Position numbers and translations under genes: made by a program
Shown here: positions 24,937 through 37,835 of the stretch, piece after piece
How positions within the stretch are numbered: the stretch's first letter is position 1
How the letters are laid out: the number at the start of each line of letters is the position of its first letter
Notes under the pieces: generated by a model
The model's input: only the letters and a program-made list of their open reading frames with translations
Told to the model about the DNA's origin: nothing
Databases searched by the model: none
NCBI GenBank assembly: GCA_951406725.2
Contig: OX597814.1
Span: 192,076,001-192,140,000 of the forward strand
Direction of reading: 5' to 3'
DNA length: 64,000 bases
DNA from: Octopus vulgaris
Lineage: Eukaryota

Positions 24937-25679
24937 AACAACAAACAAGACGAGGACAAATATCCATCAAATGTAAATAATGTAAATAATTCTCCAAATA
25001 TGTTTTGTTATGTTTGTGGAGAATACACATTACCTGAAAATCGAAAAAAAAACATCACTGATTTTGTTGAAAGAGTGTATATGGCATATTTTGGGGTCAA
25101 GCTGGGAAACCAAGATAAATATTGAGCACAGTATAGTGTCTGCAAATAATATACAGAACATTTGTGACAATGGACTAAAAGGACAAAGAAAAGTATGAGG
25201 TTTTGCTATACCAATGGTATGGTGGGAGCCCTATAATCACATAGACGATTGCTATTTTTTTAACCTAAATTTGAAGGCTATTAACCAGAAAAATCAACAA
25301 ATACTTGTCTATCCTAATTTTGCCTCTGCTATTAGACTGGTTCCACACAGTGAAGAGCTTCCTGCTTCTGTCTTGCCTCAGATAACTTTATCCTCAACCA
25401 AAGAAGATTCATCACCTGAAGATGACGCTAGAGATCAAAACTTTTCAGTTGAGACTTTACCTCAGCTATTCTCCCATGTAGAGCTGAATGATCTAGTTCT
25501 GCAGAATGGTGTCTGTATAACCTTTTATCGGAGTTGGCATGAAGAGTTCATTTCTTTCTTCACAAAAGAAGTGCTGGTTTACTGCAGAGATGGCAGTGGG
25601 CTTTTTAATAAACTTGGCATTGAGGAATACAAACCAGAGGAATGGCATCTTTACATAGACAGCTCTAAGCGTAGTTTAA

Positions 25680-25891
25680 CCCTTTCGTTACCATATTTCT
25701 GTTGAGATGCTCTATGTTTCTTTCAATTAATTTTAAATATAACAAAGAATTTAGTAAAATAACTTAATTATCATTCAACCAGTGTTAGGAACATAAATTG
25801 TGACTAAGGTTTGATGGAAGATTTTAATTCAGAACATAAGAAAACAAGACATTTGTACTACAGAGCCAGAGCCGGGTTGGTAATGAAAGGG
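25680..25891. mobile_element. piggyBac-like MITE (TTAA TSD)
   Basis: TTAA|CCCTTTCGTTACC...GGTAATGAAAGGG|TTAA. Removing it restores SSKRSLKFVLLHNGN of the Chapaev ORF. Confidence 0.9.
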
Positions 25892-27119
25892 TTAAAATTT
25901 GTATTGTTGCACAATGGAAATGTGGATGGCTTTGTCCCACTTGGCCACTCAATAACTCTGAAGGAAGAATATGAAGAAATTAAGTTAGTTTTAAAGATAC
26001 TATATCATGATCATAAATGAGTCATCTGTGTTGACTTTAAGATGGTGAATTTTCTCATGGGACAGCAATTTGGTTACACCAAATACCCATGATTTCTTTG
26101 CATTAGGAACAGTAGAGACCAAGTAAACTACTATGTTAAGAAAGACTGGCTGCCTTGAACAAATATGGCTCCATGTAGAGCTGCCAATATATTGGAAGAA
26201 CCTTTAGTTGAGCAAGATAAGACCATCCCCCCCCCTTTGCACATCAAACTCAGATTGATCAAGCAATTTGTCAAAAATGGGGAGTGCTTTAAGTATAGCT
26301 GCAGTGTATTTCCAGACTTGAGAATTTGAAAACTTAAAGCAGAGATTTTTGATGGACCACTAGTCCATAAGCTCTTGTAGGACACAAATTTTGTGAAAAC
26401 GATGAGCAAAAATGAAGTATCAGCTTGGCTAGCCTTTGCAGAAGTAGTGGAAATTTCCTTGGAAACACAAAAGTGAAAACTATAAAGACCTTGTTACCAA
26501 CTTGATATCAGCTTTTCGTGATTAATATGAGCATCAAAATGCATTATCTTTTTAGTCATCTTGATCGTTTCCTGAAAATCTCAGAGACTTTAGTGATGAA
26601 TAAGGTGAACAATTCCATCAGGACATCAAGATGGAAACTTGGTACCAAGGACGTTGGGATACTATGATGATGACAGATACTTTTGTTGCTCAACATTCAC
26701 CGTGCACAAAGAAGTGTAAATTTATTTCTTGAATTTTCTGCCCAAAATTATTGCCAATGTGCATTTTCAATTTTTATTTGTACTTTGTTTTGTTTTCTGT
26801 TAAGATCTCTTTATTCATTCATATTATATGCCTCTTGTATGTATAAAATACTGTATGAGATCCAGTCAGGAAACTAGACCTGATAGGGCAGGCAAAATCA
26901 CTTACAAATTCGTCGAAATATTCCAGGCACCAGGCAAAAAAATTAATTTTTGTTGCCCAGTGTTATTGAATTACAATAATTATAAATGATATAAGAAATA
27001 GTTAAGTATGAGAATAAATGAAAATCTAAGTTATTCAATTTCAAACTTGTGTGTGCAAAATCTGACATGGTCATCTTTGTACTGCATTTTTAAAACTTCT
27101 AAAAAAATAAATCTTTGTT

Positions 27120-28760
27120 ATATCCTCAGGCTGACTCAATTTACTACCACCCACTTTCAAACTTGTGGCCATGTATCGATATAAAAAAATCAATTAAGAA
27201 AAGTAGATACGCGAGATTAAAATTAGTGATACGTATTCAAATGTAATTAGTGACAATGTGGCGTTTAGTTCCAATTATGATTATTTTGCATTGAGACTTT
27301 CTTTTTCTCGTAAATTGTTCCTCAGGTTTTTAACTAAACAAAGTTAATGTTCTGCTCAAATAAACAGTCCTACGGAATCACTATAGATGTACAAGGCCAC
27401 AAATGTTGAAGGTAGGGCCGACCCTAGGGTCGCTGACGCTCCGGGTAAGCCGAACTTCGGCACCCTTACAAGTATAATTTTTAAAAACTTTCACAAGGAG
27501 AAAAACTGAAACTGTACACACATGGCACCTCGGGCGACTGCTCGAGTTGCCGGTACCTTGAGCCGGTCCTGGTTATTACATAGATTCCCAGAACTTGACT
27601 GGTACTTTACCCTTTTAATTTATCGACCATAGGAATATGAAAAGCGAAGTCACCCAGGTGAAAACTAATAACTGATGCGTTAACAAGTTAACATTAATTT
27701 GTTTCGGCTTTGTTATTAACAATTTTTAGCGATACTCATAACAATGATATTTAACTAATAGCTAGGGATGCGGTATGTTGGTATGTTAGAGAAAAAAAAA
27801 AGACAGAAGGAAGAATGTATCGAGAGATTATGAAGTATGGAATTAAAGGTTAGTCAATAAAAGTCGATCCAAGTGGGGTCGCCATTTTGTTAGTCGGACT
27901 AACAATGAATTTCTAAGTGAACGTCCCGTCGACTTTCTCGTACGGCAACCTCAGCCAGCAAACCTAGAGAACGAAAACTATTTAATAAATGTTTATTAGC
28001 TTTACTATTTTCATACCGAACCCATTATAAATATTGTCATATCAACAACAAACGGAGCTACCTCGAAGATACAACGGAGAGAAGTAACACGGTATACGTA
28101 AAACTTCCATTCAATAAATAATTAATTATCGATGTAAATATATATACATGTAGTATGTGTGTTTTGTCTATCAAATTATCTCTAGCTCTCTATCTGACCG
28201 ATCTATCTACCTCCAGAAAAACAAGTCTACGTTAATAGCCTTCTCTCCTATACTAATTATATCTCTTTCTCAGTGATCTCCCCTCTTCCCCCTTCTATTT
28301 GGTTTCATAGTCCCCCTCCGCCTCTCTATTTGCAGTACGGTTTTTCCTCCTCTGGCCTCTCCTCCCTGTTGCTGCCACTCCTTCACTTCCCTTCTGACGT
28401 TAACTCTGCCTTCCTTTTTTTCACTACAACGACTTTCCGGATGTCACTGCCAACTGATCTCCAACTTTGCTATTTAGTCGCTCTTTCGTAAAGAAACTAA
28501 ACACGTACTACCACTACGACCATCACCACCACCACCACTACAACAACAACAACAACAACCACCACTACTACTACTACTGCTATTAATCTACATTACTGTC
28601 TGGGTGGATCGAACCCATGTGGCCTTTTGTCCTTGTCTATTAACGTCTAAATATGAACATCATTTTGGGAAATCGTTGAGCTTTATACATATAATTTCTC
28701 ACCCTCGAAAGCCCAACACACGGTAAGTTCATTAGACTGCGGATTCTGACACTATTTTGA
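27120..28760. promoter_or_regulatory. CpG-rich, probably bidirectional promoter with a plus-strand non-coding first exon
   Basis: DRE TATCGATA at 27174-27181, YY1-like CGCCATTTT at 27880-27888, ETS-like CCGGATGT at 28437-28444, and a consensus donor ACG|GTAAGT at 28722/28723. Confidence 0.55.
27413..27571. mobile_element. Short GC-rich MITE (hAT-like)
   Basis: Imperfect TIRs AGGGCCGACCC / GAGCCGGTCCT with subterminal hairpins (GCCGAACTTCGGC and GGCGACTGCTCGAGTTGCC). Confidence 0.5.
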
Positions 28761-31719
28761 TACTTTACTTCTAAGCTTGCTATTTCATCTATTAATATTT
28801 CTATTTTATTTTTCTCTTTTCGTCCTCGTTTTATAATTGAGTCTTAAAAATCTTGTTATTAATTTCTCATTAGTTGTCAAAAGTCCTTCTTCCCGTCTCT
28901 GATGTTACTATACCAACTCTGTTTAGTTGGTGCTTGTATGTTACTATCCTCAAAGACAACTAACTTCAAGAGATATACATAGATATATACGTGCATACAC
29001 ACATACGTATAGCTTTTCCATACACCCTGGCTGCTCCATTGCTATATTAAAACAAACTCAGACTGACAGGTACCACGGTAACTATTCCTGCGTAAATACA
29101 TCTCCGACTTTTAAATCATCTCTATAGATCAACTATATTGGTATGCACGCATGCATAAATCTATGTATGAATATGAATACTCCCTCATACATACATACAT
29201 ACATACATATTTTTTTCTTTCACATACACACACAGTAAGTACGTACAAGCCATGGAGACATCTGGTTTAAATGATAGCAATTTAACCGATGTTTCCAGCC
29301 ATTTGCTCTCATATGATTAGTTATCCTAAAATTATAAATGTCTGCTAATTGACTGTTGATGTCGTTGTCTAGATGTCCTACTAGTCTTTTTGCTTCGTGT
29401 TGACATACTAGCAGATATCCACCCCCTATGGTACTGTGCAGACAGATTGACATAATAACTGCCACACTCACCAATTTGCTAATCTTACTTTTTTTTTCTT
29501 CTCTTTCTTTTTTTTCGTTTTATCTTGTTTTTTTTATTCCACGTCAGTTGTCTGTACCAACAACAGCGAGGGAAAACTTAAGTTGACCTCTATTATTTCT
29601 TCGGGATCATCTGAATATCTTGGGATGGGATTCCTAGATATACCCACCTCCTGTTACTGCCACCGTCACCGCCACCGCCCTTACAACTTCACCAACAGTA
29701 GTCTTGTGAAACCCTCTTGTTTACACAAATTCTAGATTTTCATTTTTCCCAAACTTGACCTATTAGCCTAAATTTTCTGTAAAGTGTATACACCAGATCA
29801 ACGCAAGGAACAATTTATCAACCTCGTTGTTTCTTTCTTATTACATTTCCTGTCTATATCGCGAAATACATGATTACATACACACATACATACATACACA
29901 TACTTACTTACATGCATGCATTCATTCATGCATACATACATACATACATACATACTATTTACATCACACCCAATTCTTTTTTTTGTTATATGCTATTTAT
30001 CCATTATCAAGATTATCACTAATCGTATTAACTTTTAGTCGTCTTTCGACCCTGACAGTATTATCAAATGAACTGTTTGTTAATCTGATCTTTGGATGCA
30101 AGTTTCCCCTCTTACTAGAAACATAACTACGTTTAGAAGTAGTGTAAATTTATTTGCTATTTAATTGGTTTTACTATGTAGGATTTTGTTATGTATCGCT
30201 GTGGTTATTCACTACCACCTGCAGTTTGATTAGCGTACATGCTTCTAGTGCCACCAAGTCGTGTCTGTTAACTCTATCTAATACGCTCTTATGTACACAC
30301 CCAGTATAATATCGCATATGATTATTTAGTGTTACATGGCCACAGTAACGTAACATTTCGCTGTGAGCATTTCATCCTGGTCATGGTCACTAATACAACG
30401 AACAATTATTATCTGATGGGTTTTCTTCTCGGGGTTACAGATCGTTTTCTCCCCAAATGTGTGGACGTGTGCGTATTTGTGTTATTGTTACGTTCTCTAC
30501 AGCCACTAGAATCATCTGCAATCGGCGGATTTTCATTCTCTGTAAACTTCCACTTAAGACTTAACTTCGTCGAGCGAACGAGAGAACCTCTCTGTGGTCG
30601 ATCGATCTGCTAGAAATAGCAACGAAATCTCCTGCATATCACTTCACTACGTTGGGAAATACGTTCCTGGTTTGTCTGTGTGTAGGAAAAAGATGGGACA
30701 GTCTCAGCTGGAATGCCTTTGATCTTAGGTCTGATTGATCAGAGTTAACATAGAGGTAAACAGCATCAACAACTTGGCTGGACCCGCTATAAATAGCAGC
30801 CGAATCTCCCTCAAAACACATACTGCCGTTTTAAAAAGGAGAGACAGCTTGGATTAGTCTGAAGTACACTACTTCTTGGAAGGGAATAAAGAAAGAAAAA
30901 CTAAATAAATAAAAGACGAAATGTCAAAATTGCGTAGCTTTTGATCATAGGTGTGTTCACTCAGAACTAATATAGGTCTATAATACAGCGTAGCTTAAAA
31001 ACAAACACACCCAAACATATTTTTATTAAGTATTTTGGCTATTTTATGTTCTTAATTATTTTCCATCCCTATGTGTAATGAAATATGATATTCTCGGAAA
31101 CAAAATCGTAATTTACCTATATTGTGTTTCGTAACCTCTTATTCCTTAGTTCTGCTCCAGAAGCTAGAAATTTTCTATACAGTCTCTCAACCTGCTAGAA
31201 ATAGCAAACAAATTTTCCTCAAATTACACCATACTGTCTTTAAAAAGGGAAGGACTCGTTGGATGATATAGTTCTAGATATACGAAAATATGAGTTGATT
31301 GCGACAGAAACATATCTTCGATCGTAGGTGTGTTCGATCAAGTTTAAACAACCCTTCATTCTTATTAAGGATACCGGTTTAAGTTTTGCTAGCCAAGATA
31401 TGATAACATTTTTAAAAGTCAGTCCCATCTCGTATGTATTTCTCCATTGAATTTTATTTTTTAAAAAAATGTTGTGAAAAGCATTGTTGATGGTACCCCG
31501 TAAAAAAACACCGGTGATGATGCCACAAAAAGCACCCAGTACATTCTATGAAGTGGTTGGCGTTAGAAAGGGCATCCGGCTGTAGAAACCATACCAAAAC
31601 AATGGAACCTGGTGCATCTCTTGTCAAACCGTCCAACCCATGTCAGCAGGGAAAACGGACGTTAAACAGTTATGAAGATACGTTGTTGAGTATTTTGGTA
31701 ATACATACGTACATACATA

Positions 31720-32100
31720 GGCACAGAAGTGGCTGTGTGGTAAGTAGCTTGCTAACCAACCACATGGTTCCGTGTTCAGTCCCATTGCGTGGCATCTTGG
31801 ACAAGTGTCTTCTGCTATAGCCACGGGCTGACCAATACATTGTGAGTGGATTTGGTAGACGGAAACTGAAAGAAGCCTGTCATGTATATGTATATATATG
31901 TGTGTCTGTGTTTGTCCCCCTAGCATTGCTTGACAACCGATGCTGGTGTGTTTACGTCCCCGTCACTTAGCGGTTCGGCAAAAGAGACCGATAGAATAAG
32001 TACTGGGCTTACAAAGAATAAGTCCCGGGGTCGATTTGCTCGACTAAAGGTGGTGCTCCAGCATGGCCACAGTCAAATGACTGAAACAAGTAAAAGAGTA
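31720..32100 (+). mobile_element. SINE family A
   Basis: Full consensus match. Confidence 0.9.
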
Positions 32101-32423
32101 TACATATTACAGCCTAAAATGTGTCAAAACTACTTAAAAGTTGAAGGCGGGTATTCGTAGAATTGGAATGGCTGAGAACATGTGTTTTACATGCAGTGTA
32201 ATAACATCATTTCAAAAATATGTGCATATTGAAAGACACATGTAGCTACAGTTCAGCTATCACCAAATAGAGCTATGGTAAAATACAATCTGCCCACGAC
32301 CATCCAATATTATTTTTTTCTCTCCAGCTACAGCCTAGTTTTTCCCACCTATTCTTCTATAATGAAAGTAGCTTTGTAGATCTACAGCAAGAAACATGAT
32401 CTGTTCTGTCACCTTTCATACTT

Positions 32424-32890
32424 TGCCGATGCCAGCGCCGTCTCGACTGGCTTCTGTGCCGGTGGCACATAAAAAGCACCATCCGAACGTGGCCGATACC
32501 AGCACCGCCTCGACTGGCTTCTGTGCCGGTGGCACATAAAAAGCACCATCCGAACGTGGCCGATACCAGCACCGCCTCGACTGGCTTCTGTGCCGGTGGC
32601 ACATATAAAGCACCATCCGAACATGGCCGATGCCAGCGCCACCTTGACTGGCTTCTGTGCCGGTGGCACGTTAAAAGCACCAACCGATCGTGGCCGATGC
32701 CAGACTCCCCTGGCACGTAAAAAGCACCCACTACACTTGCGGAGTGGTTGGCGTTAGGAAGGGCATCCAGCTGTAGAAACACTGCCAGATCATACTGGAG
32801 CCTGGTGCAGCCCCTGGCTTCCCAGACCCCGGTCGAGCCGTCCAACCCATGCTAGCGCGGAAAACGGATATTAAGCGATGATGATGATGA
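32424..32890 (+). mobile_element. Family D LINE tail with a 67-bp tandem minisatellite
   Basis: Units start at 32425, 32492, 32559, 32626 and 32693, followed by a (GAT)n tail. Confidence 0.88.
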
Positions 32891-35597
32891 TTTGTCTCAG
32901 GTGCTGCTCAGTGGGACTGATCCCAGAACCTTGTTGTTTGGAAGCAAACTTCTTACCACATAGCCACGCCTAGCATCTTTATTCCATGCTGGCATGGATT
33001 GGACCAGATATCTTTTTGTCTTTTACTGCAGCCAAGCTGGGGAATCAGCTTGAAGGGTTTTAGTTGAACAAAGTGGCCCTGGGACTTTCTTCTTTTTTAA
33101 TGTAGCACTTAGCCTATTGGTCTCTTTTGCCAAACTGCTTTCATTACAAGTAAGTAAACACACCAATACCAGTTGTCAAGTGGTAGTGGGCGGGGGACAA
33201 ACACAGACACAAAGACGCACATACACACATATCCATATACACTACTTGCTTCTTTCAGTTTCCATCTACCAAATCTACTCACAAGGCCTTGGTCAGCCCA
33301 AGGCCATAGTAAAAGACACTTGCCCAAGGTGCCATGCAGTGGGACTGAACACAGAACCATGTGGTTGGGAAGCAAGATTCTTAACACACAGTCACATATA
33401 TATATATATATATATATAATACATTATGTGGAGGCACATGGCTTGGTGGTTAAGGTGTCAACATCATGATCGTAAGATTGTGGTTTCAATTCCTGGACCG
33501 AGCGGCGCATTGTGTTCATGAGCTCCAGTCCACTCAGCTGGCAAAAATGAGTAACGCTGCGATGGATTGGTGTCCCGTCCAGCTGGGGAACACATATGCT
33601 ATTGAAACCGAGAAACCGGGCCCGTGAGCCTGGCTAGGCTTTAAAAGGGCACATTTATTTATATTTATAATACATTATGGAGGATATATTATAAACAGTT
33701 AAAATTATTTATGAATATACCAGTGGCCAAACATGTTATCATTATATGCATAGAAGAAGAATGTTTATAATTATAAACAAATCACAATTATAACTAAGAG
33801 AGTTTCAAGACCCTTACATGTTTAGAAATAGCAGTCAAAACCACTATAAAGCCATTTTTATCATTCATATTATTCCATTTCATGATAAAAGCTGTCTGCG
33901 GGTGACATAACAAATAGAATCCACAACTTGGACATTATGAACCTATTAAGGGATCTATTCGTCTTGTCAGGGGAATATTCCTACAGATCGAAATCAATAC
34001 AAGATCTTACCTTGGGGCTAACATGTATCCCGACCAGCAAGAGAAATGTGTCAACTTCTATCTACATACTCAAGTTTTGAATTCAAATGCCAAACACTGC
34101 GTTTATGAGGGGGGGGGGGGGAACTGGTAAATTAATCGGATATGAGTTGGGAAAATTAAATAATTAAAATGTTCTGAGACCCCCTTCGGTTACCCTAGAA
34201 AGTTACCCTCCCAGGCAAGATTGTTTATGGAAGACCAGCAGTTGCCCATGCATACCGGCCTCCCCTCTCCACGCAACCAGTGTTATCCAAGGGAAAGGCA
34301 AAGGCTGATATGACTTGGCACCTGTGATGTCGCAACTCATTTCTACAGCTGAGTGAAATGGAGCAACGTGAAATAAAGTGTCTTGCTCAAGAACACAACA
34401 CAGCCCGGTCTGGGATTCAAGTTCACAACCTCACAATCGTAAGCTCTATGCCCTAACCACTGAGCCATGTGCCTTCACAATTATATGTGTGTATTTGTTG
34501 AAAAGGCTGAGCAGTTGTAAGAACTCAATTCATTTGGATGTTATGTTTTCCATACACAGTAACTTAAAGAGGGCTCATGGCAAAATTATCTTTTAGAAGC
34601 TTTCCACCTTGTTCAGTGATCAGGCTGAGGCAGGGAATACCTCAGAGCCTAGTTGACAGTAATTAACAGGTACCACCCCTTTATATTTCCTCATACATAC
34701 TGCATTTCCATGTATTTTCTCATGAATTACCACCAGCCTCATTCTGTGGTATTCATTCACATAATATAATGGTTGAGCAAGTCATTTAAGCTTTGTTTTA
34801 TCCCCCAAAAGGTAGAATATTATAATATATATAACCCGAACCTTAATTTACTGTCCAAAACTCTTTAAGTTAGGGTATATGAAAAACAATAGAGGCACAG
34901 GTGTAGCATTGTGGTTGAGAAATTTGCTTCCCAACCATATGGTTCCAGGTTCAGTCCCCTTGCATGACACTTTGGGTGTCTTCTACTGTAGTCCTGAACT
35001 GGTCAAATTTATGTGAGCAGATTTGGTAGAAATAGAAGAAAACTGAAAGTAGCCCATTGTATATATGTGTTTGTGTCTTCTGTTCTTGACATTGCATGGT
35101 AGTTGTAAATGAGTGTCACTATCATACAAGTGGTGTTGCTAATTTCCACCATTCTTTGAGAACATGTCTGGTGGGGAAACAGGTAAAAGTTGGTGACAGG
35201 AAGTGCATCCAGGTGTAAAACATCTGTTCAGTAAATTCTGTCTGAGCCATGCATGAATAGAAAAGCAGATGTTAAAATGATGTGGTTATATATAAATATG
35301 TCCTTTTGCCTTTCTTTCTATCTGTCCCCTTTCTCCCTTTAATTCCATCTCATGTCTACCTCAGCCTTTTTTACTCTGTCTGCACTACCTGGGTAGGGGT
35401 TGGGGAGTTCTCTCTCTTCCCTCCTTTCTCAGTACCATGTAACCATCCCATTTCTCTTTCCAGCTTTCATTTTTTGCCCAGCTGCTGACCTGTTCAGTCA
35501 TGCTTCCCTCAAGTTCTAACTTTTACCTTTCCTTCAACACTGGGTCCCTTTTTTTTCCTCACTTTTCATTCTATCCTTCATGCTATCTTTCTATTTC

Positions 35598-36027
35598 TTC
35601 CGCGGAGGTCGACTTTGTCTTTCATCCTTTTCGGGGTTGATAAATAAAGTACTAGTTTCGCACTGGGGTCGATGTAATCGACTTAATCCCTTTGTCTTTC
35701 CTTGTTTGTCCCTTCTGTGTTTAGTGCCTTGTGGGTAGTAAAGAAATATATTTCTCCACGATGTAATCGACTTAATCCCTTTGTCTGTCCTTGTTTGTCC
35801 CTTCTGTGTTTAGCCCCTTGTGGGTAGTAAAGAAATATATTTCTCCACGATGTAATCGACTTAATCCCTTTGTCTGTCCTTGTTTGTCCCTTCTGTGTTT
35901 AGCCCCTTGTGGGTAGTAAAGAAATATATTTCTCCACGATGTAATTGACTTAATCCCTTTGTCTGTCCTTGTTTGTCCCTTCTGTGTTTAGCCTCTTGTG
36001 GGTAGTAAAGAAATATATTTCTCCACT
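35598..36027 (+). repeat. SINE family C with four 89-bp tandem copies of its 3' end
   Basis: GATGTAAT(C/T)GAC starts at 35671, 35760, 35849 and 35938. Confidence 0.92.
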
Positions 36028-36548
36028 TTCTTTTTCAAGTTCTATCGGACATCATTTTCCATTGCATTATTTCTACACACATCCTGTTCTAATGCTGTCT
36101 CAGTCTTTGTTTTGTTTGTTTATTTACATTCATACAAACTGCTTGTGTTGTTTGTTTTTGTCACCATCCTTTGCATTTGCTCATTGTTCCCAGTAGCTTT
36201 TTGCTGTTGGCCCTACCAAAGCGAACATTGTTAATGTTAAGGACATGAAACTGTAGTGATTTTTTTTGGACAATGACTAGCTGGGAGAGAGCATGCCCAT
36301 ATCTTGTGTGTGAGTTTTCTGTTTGTTCCTTTGTCGTCCTTCTGTGCCATTTTTGAATCTTATACACACATTGTGTCAACAGTTCATATTTACTCAGATG
36401 CATAGTTTCTGTTGATTTTTTGAAATTGGACGAAATTAGCACTGTTGTTCATCTATAGGGTAGCAGATGGGATTTGACATAGACTTATTTAAGTGCCGCT
36501 GTCTCGTTATTGCTTAATGTCTTAACTCATTGAAATAAATATAGACAT

Positions 36549-36820
36549 GGCGCAGGAGTGGCTGTGTGGTAAGTAATTTGCTTACGAACCACATGGTTCC
36601 GGGTTCGATCCCACTGCGTGGCACCTTGGGCAAGTGTCTTCTACTATAGCCTTGGGCCGACCAAAGCCTTGTGAGTGGATTTGGTAGATGGAAACTGAAA
36701 GAAGCCTGTCGTATATGTGTGTTTGTGTGTCTGTGTTTGTCCCACCAACATCGCTTGACAACCGATGCTGGTGTGTTTACGTCCCCGTAACTTAGCGGTT
36801 CTGCAAAAGAGACCGATAGT
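36549..36820 (+). mobile_element. SINE family A (3'-truncated)
   Basis: Intact tRNA-like head with GGTTCGATCC. Confidence 0.9.
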
Positions 36821-37469
36821 TTTTTTTGCTGATCTACCTCTTCTTTATTTACTACTAGCTTAAAAGCTTTACTTCATGCAGACTATTATGCTAGCTCCTG
36901 TGGAGGGCTAATTGACCCTGCAGCCCAAAACTGAAGAGAGCTAAATAGCATGACTATAATATGTCTGTAATGACTATATGCCCCGGTGATGTTTGATCAG
37001 AGGTTAAGGACAGATGAGAATTAATTCTGTAAGGCAATCATTCTATTGTTCCAGTCCCTCCTTGAATTCCAACTGTTGGCCATTTTGTTCCAAAGTTCTT
37101 ATCTCAATATTAAATTAATGAAGCAAATGTCATCTATCTCCTGCTTGATCTCTGATGCCATCTAACAAACGCCAACCAAGATGGTTTGAATTAGCCAAGT
37201 TTTACCTGCTAGAAATAGCAACCCAAATGCTTTTAAATCACATCCCAATAGTGGATGTTCAAGAACCAAATGAAGGGCAGATTTTCAAACCCAGGATCAT
37301 CCTGATTCCAAAAAGGTATTATATGTCTATGTAGATCAAATGTAGACTGAGATACAGAGGTCCCAGACAGACAGACAGAATTTCGCTTTTATTATTATAG
37401 ATGAGAATTTTCCCTTGAAGAATTTTAGCTATTAGCTCTTTGTTACACTGACAGTGACCAATTATTATA

Positions 37470-37835
37470 TAATAGCACTATGACCCGGCAACGCCGGGTC
37501 ATAGTGCTGGTGCATGCATATACAGCTACGTGCGTGTGCACATACACACGAGTACTGTCCAAATCTCTGACCAATCACATACAGCTAGCTGGCATTCAAT
37601 TGGCGTATCAAGTTTCGGGCATTTTGATTGGGTTTTGGATAGAAAATTCACAAAAAAGTCACTTCTATTGATTTTCTTAATGGCTTTGCGGGGTGACTGG
37701 GGAAATGTAAAGATGTGCACGATCACCCTTGGACGGTTTCGAATGACCATAGAAAGTGTGAGCCCTCTAACTGAAAAATTGTGGATTTGTATAAAGGACA
37801 CACACGCAGACATTTTGCCGTTTATATATAGAGAG
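37470..37835 (+). mobile_element. Non-autonomous Helitron/Helentron-like element
   Basis: A 5' perfect hairpin AGCACTATGACCCGGC-AAC-GCCGGGTCATAGTGCT and a 3' end TTTATATATAGAGA. A similar terminus (CAGA)n...TTATTATAGAT is at 37365-37402. The family call is inference. Confidence 0.55.

Larger units (their letters stand above)
24262..24986. mobile_element. Head-to-head pair of tRNA-headed, hammerhead-bearing short elements
   Basis: 15-bp TSD TAATTCTCCAAATAT (24247-24261 and 24987-25001). The inverted copies are 24262-24792(-) and 24793-24986(+). Confidence 0.8.
24221..26690 (+). pseudogene. Chapaev3 transposase, disrupted
   Basis: MSSSRKCCPNSPN|MFCYVCGEY..AYFGVKLG.QDK, MVWWEP..H..DCYF, YIDSSKRSL|KFVLLHNGN, VDFKMVNFLMGQQ.GYTKYP, PPLHIKL, SHLDRF and SDE*GEQFHQDI. 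Confidence 0.85.
20337..26962 (+). mobile_element. Chapaev3 (CMC) DNA transposon carrying nested insertions
   Basis: Ends TTA|CACTAGTCTGCAAG ... TTTGTTGCCCAGTG|TTA give CAC termini, an imperfect TIR and a TTA TSD. There is also a subterminal inverted match (24058-24075 vs 26872-26888) and transposase motifs. Confidence 0.7.

Noticed and set aside
32424-32730. CRISPR-like repeat array
   Set aside because: The units are near-identical with no unique spacers, there are no cas genes, and the context is a eukaryotic LINE UTR.
33880-34110. Open frame NPQLGHYEPIKG... as a coding exon
   Set aside because: The acceptor is weak, there is no clear donor, and no homology was recognised.
36549-36625. 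Functional tRNA genes
   Set aside because: The tRNA-like segments are SINE heads without a complete cloverleaf and continue into the SINE body.
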